A stretch of 30,903 bases of DNA from Candidatus Parcubacteria bacterium (lineage in GTDB: Bacteria; Patescibacteriota; Minisyncoccia; Minisyncoccales; JAUWXI01): assembly GCA_030616435.1 (NCBI GenBank), contig JAUWXI010000001.1, forward strand, positions 1-30,903, written 5' to 3'. The position numbers and the translations under genes are program-made. The notes under the pieces are model-generated. The model did not search any database. It saw nothing but the letters and a program-made list of their open reading frames with translations, and was not told where the DNA came from. How positions within the stretch are numbered: the first letter of the stretch is position 1; each line of letters opens with the position of its first letter. Positions 7,202 through 16,286 of this stretch are shown one piece after another.

Positions 7202-8254
7202 TTATTTAGGGGGTTCTATTTCTTTTGTCTCAACCAAGACTTCTCTTAATTCATCCAACTTTTCCAAAACCATTCCTGCTCCTCTAGCCACAGTGGTGAG
7301 AGGGTCCTCAATAATCTTTGTTGGAATCTTAGTTTCCTCGCTTATTAGCTTATCTAATCCCCTCAGAAGGCTTCCTCCACCCGTTAGATAAATACCTCTC
7401 GTCATCACATCTGCTAATAGTTCAGGTGGGGTTTCCTCTATAGTATCTTTTATAGCTCTGATTATTTGCTTGACCGATTTTTCCAAAGCCTTTCTAATGT
7501 CTGTATCTGAAACAAGAATTTCTTCTGGTAGGCCAGTTACCAAATTCCTACCCCTTAAAGGGAATGTCTTTTTTTCGTTTAAGGGCCAGGCAGAGCCTAT
7601 AGTAATTTTTACTAACTCAGCTGTCCTTTCCCCTATTAAGAGTTTGTTTTCTTCTTGACTCCAACGAACAATGTCTCGATTCAGTCTATCTCCTGCAATT
7701 CTCAAGGTCTTGGATACCACTATTCCTCCTAAAGAAATGATAGCAATTTCTGCCGTACCTCCTCCAATATCAACAATAAAATTTCCTCCCGCTTCTTGAA
7801 TTGGGAGTCTGGCTCCAATGGCAGCTGCCATTGGTTCTTCAATTAAAAATACTTCTCTGGCTCCTGCATTTTTAGCTGCATCCTGAACAGCTCTTTTTTC
7901 CACCTCGGTTACTCCGCAAGGAATTCCTATAATGACCCGAGGTCTAAGGCCAAAAGGAAACTTTCTTTTTTTAACCTTATTAATAAAATACCTTAGCATC
8001 TGCTCTGTTACTTCAAAATCAGAAACAACCCCTTCAACCAAAGGCCTTGTGGCAACGATATGGGATGGAGTTCTTCCTACCATCTTTTGAGCTTCTTCAC
8101 CAATAGCTAAAATCTGGCCTGTCTTTTTGTTAAGGGCGACAACAGAAGGCTCAAGCACCACAATACCCCTCCCTTTCACATAAACCAGGGAGTTAGCTGT
8201 ACCCAAATCAATAGCTATATCCTGGAAAAAATGGGAAAAAAATTTGTTGAACAT
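7202..8254 (-). CDS. mreB: Rod shape-determining actin homolog MreB, copy with N-terminal amphipathic helix
   Basis: IAIDLGTANS, RPLVEGVVSDFE, IEEPMAAAIGA, VDIGGGTAE, GGGSLLRGLD. Confidence 0.97.
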   Translation of the reverse strand: MFNKFFSHFFQDIAIDLGTANSLVYVKGRGIVVLEPSVVALNKKTGQILAIGEEAQKMVGRTPSHIVATRPLVEGVVSDFEVTEQMLRYFINKVKKRKFPFGLRPRVIIGIPCGVTEVEKRAVQDAAKNAGAREVFLIEEPMAAAIGARLPIQEAGGNFIVDIGGGTAEIAIISLGGIVVSKTLRIAGDRLNRDIVRWSQEENKLLIGERTAELVKITIGSAWPLNEKKTFPLRGRNLVTGLPEEILVSDTDIRKALEKSVKQIIRAIKDTIEETPPELLADVMTRGIYLTGGGSLLRGLDKLISEETKIPTKIIEDPLTTVARGAGMVLEKLDELREVLVETKEIEPPK

Positions 8255-8255
8255 A

Positions 8256-9332
8256 TTAAAAAATTCTCTGTATATCTTTTATTGTAGTAAGAATCATCAA
8301 GACTATCAATAATAAAAGAAAAATGGAGGTTATTGCGGTTTCCAGTTTTTCTGAAACCTTTTTTCCTCTTAATTTCTCAACGAATAAAAAGACTAATTTC
8401 CCGCCATCAGTAGGAGGAATTGGTAGAATATTAAAGAGGGCGACATAGATTGAAATCGTAGCCACAAACTGTAAAAAGTAATTTATGTTCTGGGAAGCTG
8501 CCTGACTTAATAAAGAAAAAACTCCTACAGGTCCCATTAACTCAATTCCTGTAGGAAGCCCCAAAAAAAGATTTTTGAAAGCCATTCCCCAGCCTTTAAG
8601 CGCAAAATAGGTTGTCTCTAAGGTAAAAAAGATGCCTCGGAAGAGGGCTTCTACAGGAGGATATCTCTTTTGGGCTGTCCTCACCAAGCCTACTCCCATA
8701 GGACCTTCCCCTGTTGGAGGGGAAACCCGAGGTGTCAAAGAAACATCAAAAATCTCTTTCCCTCGCTGAATTATCAAAGTAATCTCTCCTTCATGAGTTT
8801 GAATAAACTCTTTTACTTGACTAACCTTATCTATATTTTTAATTTCTAACTTTTGATTTTTGATTTTTACTATGACGTCCCCTATTTTTAATCCGGCTTT
8901 CTCTGCGGGAGACTCAGGTGCAAGACCCACAATTTGGACCTTAATATCTGCCAAATTTCCATTGGCTGTATCTGTTACTGCCTGGGTAAATCCCGAACCC
9001 ATAACAATACTGAACAAAACAGCAGAGATTATCCAGAAAGAAAGCACCCCTCCTAATATGACCAAAGCTCTTTGCCAGATAGATTTTGCTCCTAAGGCCT
9101 GAGGGTCTTTTTCTTTCCTCTCTCCATAAATTTTAACAAAAGCCCCAAGAGGAAGAAGATTTAAAGAATAAACAGTTTGGCCAATTCTTTTAGCAAAAAT
9201 TCTTGGAGGATAGAAAATTCCAAATTCTTCTACTTTTACCCCAAATTTTTTAGCCAAAATAAAATGGCCGAATTCATGAAGAATTAATAAAAAAATAAGG
9301 CTAAAAAAGGCAATGAGGAATGATAAAAACAT
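8256..9332 (-). CDS. rseP: Site-2 intramembrane metalloprotease (M50, RseP/RasP-like) with one PDZ domain
   Basis: HEFGH zinc motif in TM1, PDZ segment (SPAEKAGLKIGDVI), NILPIPPTDGG motif. Confidence 0.92.
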   Translation of the reverse strand: MFLSFLIAFFSLIFLLILHEFGHFILAKKFGVKVEEFGIFYPPRIFAKRIGQTVYSLNLLPLGAFVKIYGERKEKDPQALGAKSIWQRALVILGGVLSFWIISAVLFSIVMGSGFTQAVTDTANGNLADIKVQIVGLAPESPAEKAGLKIGDVIVKIKNQKLEIKNIDKVSQVKEFIQTHEGEITLIIQRGKEIFDVSLTPRVSPPTGEGPMGVGLVRTAQKRYPPVEALFRGIFFTLETTYFALKGWGMAFKNLFLGLPTGIELMGPVGVFSLLSQAASQNINYFLQFVATISIYVALFNILPIPPTDGGKLVFLFVEKLRGKKVSEKLETAITSIFLLLLIVLMILTTIKDIQRIF

Positions 9333-9334
9333 AA

Positions 9335-9889
9335 TTATTCCATAATTTCTTTTTTCTTTTTTTCCTCCAAATCATCTAGTTTTTCACTATATTCATCAAT
9401 CAATTCCTGGAGTTCTTTTTTCTTTCTATACTTGTCATCCTCTGAAATCTCACCTTCTTTAAAATTCTCTTGAATTTCCTTCCAAGCTTCATCCCTCCAG
9501 CGCCTTATCGTCCTTTTTACTATCTCCTTTCTCTCTGTCAAAACCTTTAAAAGTTCTTGCCGATACTCCTCGCTCATTGGAGGAAGGTAAAGTCGAATTT
9601 TATCTTTCTCAACAATTGGGTTCAACTTTAAAGAGGAACGGGAAATAGCTTTCTCTATAGGCTCAAGGCAAGACTGATCCCAGGGCTGAATTGTAATTTG
9701 TCTCCTGTCGGGACAAAAAATTGTCCCCAATTCCTTAATTGTCAGTTTTTCTCCTAAAAAATCAACCGAGATGTCTTCAACCAATGAAGGGGTGGCTCTC
9801 CCAACCCTGATTTTTGCCAGCTCTTTCTTAAAAAAGTCTATTACTTTTTCCAACTCAGGCTTTATTTTTTCAATAGGTTCTTTTTCCAT
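9335..9889 (-). CDS. frr: Ribosome recycling factor
   Basis: KIRVGRATPSLVE, IQPWD, LPPMSEEYRQEL, ISEDD. Confidence 0.96.
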   Translation of the reverse strand: MEKEPIEKIKPELEKVIDFFKKELAKIRVGRATPSLVEDISVDFLGEKLTIKELGTIFCPDRRQITIQPWDQSCLEPIEKAISRSSLKLNPIVEKDKIRLYLPPMSEEYRQELLKVLTERKEIVKRTIRRWRDEAWKEIQENFKEGEISEDDKYRKKKELQELIDEYSEKLDDLEEKKKKEIME

Positions 9890-10801
9890 TTAAATTCTTA
9901 AAAATAAGGTTTCTAAAGCCAATCTTTTATTAATATTACTTTGGGAAATCAAAGATTGAATCTCTGCTATCTCCTCAAGTATCTTTTTCATTTTTAAGAC
10001 ATCGTCAAAATCTTTTTTCTTTATCTTTGAAATCATACTCTGCCTTAGGTGGTTCAGCCAGATATCAAACACTTCTTTTAAATTCTCATTTTCTGCAGTT
10101 AAAACTTTTGCATAATGAAATCTCTGGGCCAAATTCCCTTTAAAGACTAAAAGGAATTCTTTAATCCTTGATTTGTATTCATTTAACTTTTCAGGATTTG
10201 AAAGAAATTCTATAGCTTGGCCTGGTCTTCCAGAGGAAAGTTCGACAATCTCTTGAGCTTCAGATTTTTTAATCCCTTGATTAATCAAATAATCCAAAAT
10301 CTTCTCTTTTTTTACAGGAAAGAATTTTATCTCCTGCACTCGAGAAAGAATAGTCTGAAATAAAAGAGAGGGGTGCTCACTGATTAGAATCAGACAGGTT
10401 TTCCCTGAAGGTTCTTCCAAAGTTTTTAAAAGACAATTTTGAGCTTGGGCAGTCATTAAACAAGCCTGGTCTATAACAGCAGTTTTCCATTGAAAATAGG
10501 ATTTTAAAGAAAGACTTTCTGCAAGTTGCCTTATTTGAGAAATCCCAATGCCTGTTTTCTCAGGCTTTATCAAGAAGAAATCGGGGTGAGCTCCTTTTTC
10601 TAAAGCTCTACAAGATTGACAGACTTGACAAGGTTTTTCTGAAAAATCTGAATTTTGGCAATTCAATAATTTTAAAAATTCAAAAGCAACTTTTCGCTTT
10701 CCCAATTTCCCTTCTCCAGAAAAGAGAAAAGCATGAGGAACCCTCGAATTCTGAAGCTGTCTTTTTAAAAAATCCCATTGTTTTTCGTGACCAATAATCA
10801 T
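9890..10801 (-). CDS. holB: DNA polymerase III delta-prime subunit
   Basis: HAFLFSG, degenerate P-loop GEGKLGK, zinc module LNC...PCQVCQSC, HPDF, AQNCLLKTLEEP. Confidence 0.92.
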   Translation of the reverse strand: MIIGHEKQWDFLKRQLQNSRVPHAFLFSGEGKLGKRKVAFEFLKLLNCQNSDFSEKPCQVCQSCRALEKGAHPDFFLIKPEKTGIGISQIRQLAESLSLKSYFQWKTAVIDQACLMTAQAQNCLLKTLEEPSGKTCLILISEHPSLLFQTILSRVQEIKFFPVKKEKILDYLINQGIKKSEAQEIVELSSGRPGQAIEFLSNPEKLNEYKSRIKEFLLVFKGNLAQRFHYAKVLTAENENLKEVFDIWLNHLRQSMISKIKKKDFDDVLKMKKILEEIAEIQSLISQSNINKRLALETLFLRI

Positions 10802-11805
10802 TTCTTCCGGGCAATACTTCTTTTATAAACATCTAAATTCTCCAATAAAATACCTGTTCCTTTTGCCACAGAAAAGAGTGGTTTTTCAACTCTTGTGCAG
10901 GGAACGCCAGTAGATTTGGAAATCATTTTATCAATATTTCTCAACAATGAACCCCCACCCGAAAGAAACATACCTTTATCTATAACATCAGCTGAGAGTT
11001 CAGGAGGGGTCTCTCTTAAGACCTCTTTTATAACCTGGACAATTGAATTCAAGACATCAGAAATCGCCTCACAAACTTCATTTGAGCTGACCTCAATGTT
11101 CTTTGGTAAACCCATAACCAAATCTCTTCCTTTAGTCTCAAACAGCTCTTCTTTTTTCAAGGGAAGAGCTGATCCTATTTTTATTTTTATTCTTTCTGCA
11201 GTCTGTTCTCCTATTGCCAGGTTATACTTTTCTTTAATGTAGTTAGCAATTGCCTCATCCATCTGGTCTCCAGCAATCCTTGCCGAACGGACACAGACTA
11301 TTCCTCCAAGAGAAATCACTGCCACCTCAGAGGTCCCTCCGCCAATATCTACAATCATATTGCCCGAACACTCATTGATAGGAATTCCAGCTCCTATAGC
11401 TGCCAGAATTGGTTCCTGGGCTGTATAAACTGCTTTAGCTCCAGCCGAAAGAGCGGCTTCAATTACTGCCCTCTTTTCCGTTGAAGTAATGCAGGCTGGA
11501 ACCCCTATCATCAATTCGGGCTTGAAAAATCTGAAAAGGCCCGTGCTTTTGTCAATAAAATATTTTATCATCGCCTGGGTTACCCTATAATCTGCAATCA
11601 CCCCTTTTCTCAAGGGCCTATAAACCTTTATTGTATCTGGAGTCCGGCCAAGCATTTTCTTGGCTTCATTACCAACCGCCAGAATCTTATTCTCTCCAAT
11701 ACTAACTGCCACCACAGAGGGCTCCTGAAGAACAATTCCCTTTCCCTGGACAAAAACCATGGAGTTGCAAGTACCTAAATCTATTCCAATTTTTTTAATA
11801 AACAT
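10798..11805 (-). CDS. mreB: Second MreB/Mbl paralog, without N-terminal amphipathic helix
   Basis: IGIDLGTCNS, RPLRKGVIADY, EPILAAIGA, VDIGGGTSE, GGGSLLRNID. Confidence 0.95.
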   Translation of the reverse strand: MFIKKIGIDLGTCNSMVFVQGKGIVLQEPSVVAVSIGENKILAVGNEAKKMLGRTPDTIKVYRPLRKGVIADYRVTQAMIKYFIDKSTGLFRFFKPELMIGVPACITSTEKRAVIEAALSAGAKAVYTAQEPILAAIGAGIPINECSGNMIVDIGGGTSEVAVISLGGIVCVRSARIAGDQMDEAIANYIKEKYNLAIGEQTAERIKIKIGSALPLKKEELFETKGRDLVMGLPKNIEVSSNEVCEAISDVLNSIVQVIKEVLRETPPELSADVIDKGMFLSGGGSLLRNIDKMISKSTGVPCTRVEKPLFSVAKGTGILLENLDVYKRSIARKK

Positions 11806-11806
11806 G

Positions 11807-13063
11807 TTAAATTCTTTTAATCTCAGCTCCTAATTTTCTTAGTTTTTCATCGATTTTTTCGTATCCTCTATCAATCTGATAAATATTATCAATTATTGTC
11901 TTTCCTTTAGCCATTAAGGCGGCAATAATCAAAGAAGCTCCCGCCCTTATATCCCAACTTGAAATTTTAATACCCGAAAGCTCATTTTTACCAAAGATAA
12001 GGGCTCGATGAGGATCGACCACCTCAATGTCAGCTCCCATCTTTCTTAATTCATGAACGAAATTTAGCCGATTTTCATATAAAGGGTCGTGAATTAAGCT
12101 TTTACCTTCTGCATGGGTTAAAAGGGGAACAACTATTGGCAAAAGATCTGTGGGAAAGCCGGGCCAAGGAAGAGCTTGAACTCTAACAGCTTTTAAATTT
12201 GGTGAAAAGCTAACTTTGATAGAGTCTTTACCTTTTTCAAACAAAACTCCTATCTCCTCCATTTTGGCTAAAAAGATATTTAAATGGTCCAAAATTACAT
12301 TCTTTATTTCTAAAGTTCCAGGAGTAACAGCTCCTACCACTGTAAATGTTCCAGCCTCAAGATAGTCTGGAATAATTCTGTGCTCAACTCCCTTTAGGTT
12401 TTTTTGACCCTCAATTTCAATAGTGTGAGTTCCTATCCCTTCAATTTTTATTCCCATTTCTTTCAACATTTCTCCTAAATCTTGAACGTGGGGTTCAGCT
12501 GCAGCTCCCAAAATCCTCGTTTTACCTTCAATCTGAGAAGCTGCCATCATTAGGTTCTCAGTAGCTGTCACGCTAAGTTCTTTTAGGACAATTTCTCCTC
12601 CCCTCAAGTCTTCACTTTTAAAAAGATAGGAGCCTCCTGTTTTTTCAATTTTAACTCCTAATTTTTTAAAGGCCTCCAGGTGAGTGGTAATAGGCCTTAA
12701 ACCTATTCTATCACCTCCAGGTCTTGCAAATTTAAAATTTTTAAATCTAGAAAGCAAGGGAGCTATCAAAAGAACTGAAAGTCTTGTCTTTTCTATTAAA
12801 TCAAAATCTATTTTTTCAGGATCAAGATTCACAGCCTCAATTTTCACTTTTCTTTTATCCAACCATTCAATATCAGCTCCCATTTTTCTTAAAACCTCAA
12901 GCAAACAAAAGACATCTTCCACTAATGGCAAATTGTCAATGACGCAGGGTTCTTTGGTCAATAAGGTAGCTGCTAAGACTGGCCCAGCATCATTTTTTGC
13001 TCCACCTATTTCTACTTGACCTTCCAGTGGCTTTTGTCCCTCAATCAAAAATTTATCTCCCAT
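11807..13063 (-). CDS. murA: UDP-N-acetylglucosamine 1-carboxyvinyltransferase, with Asp at the active-site Cys position
   Basis: GGAKN, PGGDRIGLRP, SVTATEN, AAAEPHV, IPDYLEAGT, PWPGFPTDL, YENR, DIRAGA, IDRGYE. Confidence 0.97.
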   Translation of the reverse strand: MGDKFLIEGQKPLEGQVEIGGAKNDAGPVLAATLLTKEPCVIDNLPLVEDVFCLLEVLRKMGADIEWLDKRKVKIEAVNLDPEKIDFDLIEKTRLSVLLIAPLLSRFKNFKFARPGGDRIGLRPITTHLEAFKKLGVKIEKTGGSYLFKSEDLRGGEIVLKELSVTATENLMMAASQIEGKTRILGAAAEPHVQDLGEMLKEMGIKIEGIGTHTIEIEGQKNLKGVEHRIIPDYLEAGTFTVVGAVTPGTLEIKNVILDHLNIFLAKMEEIGVLFEKGKDSIKVSFSPNLKAVRVQALPWPGFPTDLLPIVVPLLTHAEGKSLIHDPLYENRLNFVHELRKMGADIEVVDPHRALIFGKNELSGIKISSWDIRAGASLIIAALMAKGKTIIDNIYQIDRGYEKIDEKLRKLGAEIKRI

Positions 13064-13071
13064 AATACTCT

Positions 13072-13101
13072 ATTTTAACTTCAAATCTCTAAAATTGTCA
13101 A
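13072..13101 (-). promoter_or_regulatory. sigma70 promoter for the murA-led operon (near-leaderless)
   Basis: TTGACA (13101-13096), 18 nt, TAAAAT (13077-13072), 8 nt, ATG. Confidence 0.7.
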
Positions 13102-13108
13102 ACTCCCT

Positions 13109-13136
13109 TTGAAAAATCCTGAATTTTAATTAGAAT
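13109..13136 (+). promoter_or_regulatory. Divergent sigma70 promoter for the PEGA gene (leaderless)
   Basis: TTGAAA (13109-13114), 16 nt, TAGAAT (13131-13136), 6 nt, ATG. Confidence 0.6.
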
Positions 13137-13142
13137 TAAATT

Positions 13143-14498
13143 ATGACCAAAAGAACAAGGAATGTTTTGTTTTTAATCTTAACTATTTTATTCTTTTTGA
13201 TTGCTCCTTCAATTATCTTTTATTCTCAAGGCTGGAGATTTGATCCCAGAACAAAAAGGATAGTAAAAGTAGGAGGTTTTTATTTCAGAGTTTTTCCAAA
13301 AAGAGCTAGAATTCTTATTAATGGAAGAGAGTATAAGACAGACTATTTTTTTGGCTCACTCTTTATTGAAGGCTTCTTACCTAGGGAGTACCAAGTCAAA
13401 ATAGAAAAAGAGGAATTTTTATCTTGGGAAAAAAGACTTAAAGTTAAAGAAGAAGAAACTACCAAAGTAGAGGATGTCTTTTTAATACCCGAAACTGTAA
13501 ATTTTGAAATCTTGGCAAAAGGGATTAAAAATTTTGTTCCTTCTGAAGATCAAGAAAAGATGGTTTTGATTTCTGAAGATGAAGGCTGGCAGTTAAAACT
13601 TTTAGACCAGAAAGAAAATCTTGTAGCTCATCTATTAAAGGAAAAAGAAATTGAAGAAGGAGCAGAATTAGAAAAAATTATTTTCTCTCCCACAAAAGAA
13701 CTTTTAATAAAAGCGAAAACAAAAAAGGAAAGAAAATACTTTCTTTTAGACCTTGAGACAACTTCTTTGACAACTTTGGATTTTTTAGATTCTGATCTGG
13801 AAGAAATCTCCTTTTCTGAGAATGGCGAGAAAATATTTTTCCGCTCAGAAAATGAGCTCTTTGAAGCAGACTTAATTAAAAAAAGTTCTACCTCTCTTTT
13901 AGAAAAAGTTATTTGCTATAAGGTAAAAAAACCTTTTATTTACTATCTCGATGACTCGGGCTTTCTTTTCAAAACTGACTTAAAAGGAGAAAGGAAAGAA
14001 AAGCTCAATAGAGAGTCTTTTGAAATCCAAGAAAAAGACTACGAAATCTATATTTTCCCCTCTTTTATTTTTTTGAAAACAGAGGATTCTCTTTTTTTAC
14101 TTGACGAAGAAGAAGGGTCTTTCAAGGAATTCTCAGATTTTGTAAAAGAAATTAAAATTTCCCCAGATTCAAAAAAGCTGACCTTTTTTGGAAACCATGA
14201 GATTTGGATAGTCTTTTTGACCGAGATTGAAAAACAACCCCCAAAAGAAAAAGGAGAGAAACTCTTTTTAAGCAGGTTTGCAGGAAAGATAAATGAGGTC
14301 TATTGGTATACCCAAAATTATTTGATATTCAATATTGGAGAAGAGATTAAAATCTGTGAAATAGATGAAGTAGATAAAATTCAAATCTGGACCCTCAAGG
14401 ATATTAAAGGTTCCAAAATTTTCTTTAACGAAGAAAGTAAGAGATTGTACTTTCTAAAAGAGGGGAATCTTTTTGTTACAGAAAAATTGATAAAATAA
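13143..14498 (+). CDS. Membrane-anchored PEGA-domain protein with a probable C-terminal beta-propeller
   Basis: N-terminal TM (VLFLILTILFFLIAPSIIFY). PEGA-like segment GGFYFRVFPKRARILING...LPREYQVKIEKEEFLSWEKRLKV. Recurring TolB/WD-like blades (FSPT, FSENGEKIFF, ISPDSKKLTF). Confidence 0.75.
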   Translation: MTKRTRNVLFLILTILFFLIAPSIIFYSQGWRFDPRTKRIVKVGGFYFRVFPKRARILINGREYKTDYFFGSLFIEGFLPREYQVKIEKEEFLSWEKRLKVKEEETTKVEDVFLIPETVNFEILAKGIKNFVPSEDQEKMVLISEDEGWQLKLLDQKENLVAHLLKEKEIEEGAELEKIIFSPTKELLIKAKTKKERKYFLLDLETTSLTTLDFLDSDLEEISFSENGEKIFFRSENELFEADLIKKSSTSLLEKVICYKVKKPFIYYLDDSGFLFKTDLKGERKEKLNRESFEIQEKDYEIYIFPSFIFLKTEDSLFLLDEEEGSFKEFSDFVKEIKISPDSKKLTFFGNHEIWIVFLTEIEKQPPKEKGEKLFLSRFAGKINEVYWYTQNYLIFNIGEEIKICEIDEVDKIQIWTLKDIKGSKIFFNEESKRLYFLKEGNLFVTEKLIK

Positions 14499-14500
14499 TA

Positions 14501-15184
14501 TCAGGTATTAGATACTTTCTCCCAATCTTTTAATTTTGATTTTTCCACTCTTTGACAAAGCTCCTTATATTCACAGTACTGACAAGGCCATTTCGGCCAG
14601 TCTTTAAGTTCTGGAGGAATGAGAGGTATAGTATCTTTTCCAATCTGCTCTTTTAAAGTTTTGAAATCCTCCAAAAGTTTTTCAACTAAAGCAGGATCAT
14701 AGGTAATCTGAAATTCTTTTAATTCCTGGGTATCTTTGTTTTCATAAAGGAGGATCCCTTGGGGAACTTTAAAGTAATGTAAATAAAGCTGGATTTGTTT
14801 TACATGCTCGGGCTTTGGTTTTTCTAAACTTTTGAATCCATAACTTGAAATACTTTTGAAATCAACAACATAGGGCTTACCTCCTTCCAAGCCAATAATC
14901 GCATCTGCCCTCCCCGAAATGATTTCTTGGGGAGGAATTTTCACCTCTGCTGCCCTGACAATTCCTAAACTAAACAGAACACTCATTAACCTCATATGAG
15001 TGTAGTCACCTACATCGAAAATCCTCATAATTCTCGGCTCCATCTCTGCTCTCGGAGCTTTTTTAAATTTAAAAAAAATTTGTCGAGGACACTTGCCAGC
15101 ATCAGTGATATAAAAATGATCACCTCTTGCTCTTTGATCCTTTATTCTATCGCTATAAAATTGATTGATGAATTCTTTTAACAT
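14501..15184 (-). CDS. Solo Cas4/AddB-like PD-(D/E)XK nuclease with a four-Cys Fe-S-type motif
   Basis: KCPRQ, G-x-x-x-H (GDYTH), GRAD, VVDFKS, QIQLY, WPCQYCEYKELC. Confidence 0.85.
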   Translation of the reverse strand: MLKEFINQFYSDRIKDQRARGDHFYITDAGKCPRQIFFKFKKAPRAEMEPRIMRIFDVGDYTHMRLMSVLFSLGIVRAAEVKIPPQEIISGRADAIIGLEGGKPYVVDFKSISSYGFKSLEKPKPEHVKQIQLYLHYFKVPQGILLYENKDTQELKEFQITYDPALVEKLLEDFKTLKEQIGKDTIPLIPPELKDWPKWPCQYCEYKELCQRVEKSKLKDWEKVSNT

Positions 15185-15185
15185 A

Positions 15186-15590
15186 TTATCTTTTCTGCCA
15201 TTGAGCAGCCCTTCTTGCTCTTTTTAAGCCAAACTTTTTTCTTTCTTTCGCCCTTGGATCTCGTGTCAAGAAACCCTCTTTCTTTAATGTTTCTCTGTAA
15301 TCTGGTTTAAAAAGAATAAGGGCTCTGGCTATTCCGTGTCTTACAGCTTCAGCCTGGGCGTGGGGCCCACCCCCTTTCACCAAAACTGAAACCCCAAACT
15401 TTGAAAGACTTTTTATTGTTTTAAAAGGAGCTTGAGCTGTTTCCTGAAGGTCTAAAGTCGGAAAGTAATCCTTAAGATGTTTTTCATTAATTAAAAATTT
15501 TCCTTTTTCTTTTGTAAAAAGGCGAACCCGAGCTATAGCAGTTTTTCTTCTCCCTACACTTTCAAGATATTTTTTCTTCTTTTTTACCAT
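15186..15590 (-). CDS. rpsI: 30S ribosomal protein S9 (true start ATG 15590)
   Basis: GRRKTAIARV, VKGGG, QAEAVRHGIARAL, LTRDPRAKERKKFGLKRARRAAQWQKR. Confidence 0.98.
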   Translation of the reverse strand: MVKKKKKYLESVGRRKTAIARVRLFTKEKGKFLINEKHLKDYFPTLDLQETAQAPFKTIKSLSKFGVSVLVKGGGPHAQAEAVRHGIARALILFKPDYRETLKKEGFLTRDPRAKERKKFGLKRARRAAQWQKR

Positions 15591-15591
15591 A

Positions 15592-15939
15592 TTACTCAAA
15601 TTTTAATCTTTTTATTTGCTTTGCTCTCAATTTATTTTTTGGAAGCATACCATAAACTGCTCTTCTCAGAATCTCACCTGGATCTCTTTTGAAAATCTTT
15701 TCCAAGGGAACCTCTTTTAATCCCCCTAAATATCCTGTGTGGTGGTAATACTTCTTTTCTTTTCTTTTCTTTCCTGTCAGTTTGATTTTATCAGCATTTT
15801 TCACAATAACAAAATCTCCCATATCTCTGTAGGGAACAAAGTCAGGTTTTTGCTTACCCCGTAAAAGAATTGCAATTTCTGTTGCTAATCTTCCTAAAAC
15901 TTTTCCTGTAACATCGATTGTGTGAGTTCCACGTTTCAT
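15592..15939 (-). CDS. rplM: 50S ribosomal protein L13
   Basis: [46 protein letters not shown]. Confidence 0.98.
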   Translation of the reverse strand: MKRGTHTIDVTGKVLGRLATEIAILLRGKQKPDFVPYRDMGDFVIVKNADKIKLTGKKRKEKKYYHHTGYLGGLKEVPLEKIFKRDPGEILRRAVYGMLPKNKLRAKQIKRLKFE

Positions 15940-16286
15940 TTTACTAATTCTATTATCGCCATTTTTGCTCCATCTGAATTTCTCGCTCCTAATTTTATAA
16001 CCCGAGTATATCCTCCCCTTCTCTTTTCATATCTTTTGGCTAATTCTCTCATCAATTTTTTCACTGTCTTCTTGGGAAGAGAAGCTAATAAGGATTTCTG
16101 GGCTGCAAGGGTTTGTTTTTTTGCCTTGGTGATAAATTTTTCTGTAATTCTTCTTGTTTCTTTTGCTTTAGCCTCAGTTGTCTTTATTCTCTCATGTAAA
16201 ATCAAAGAAGAGGCCAATCCTCTCAGAAGGGCCTTTCTTTGATCTCTTTTTCTCGAAAGTTTCCTTCCACTTTTTCTTTTTCTCAT
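15936..16286 (-). CDS. rplQ: 50S ribosomal protein L17
   Basis: [43 protein letters not shown]. Confidence 0.98.
   Translation of the reverse strand: MRKRKSGRKLSRKRDQRKALLRGLASSLILHERIKTTEAKAKETRRITEKFITKAKKQTLAAQKSLLASLPKKTVKKLMRELAKRYEKRRGGYTRVIKLGARNSDGAKMAIIELVK

Noticed and set aside
14400-15300. CRISPR-Cas locus suggested by the Cas4-like gene
   Set aside because: No direct-repeat/spacer array and no cas1, cas2 or effector genes anywhere in the window.
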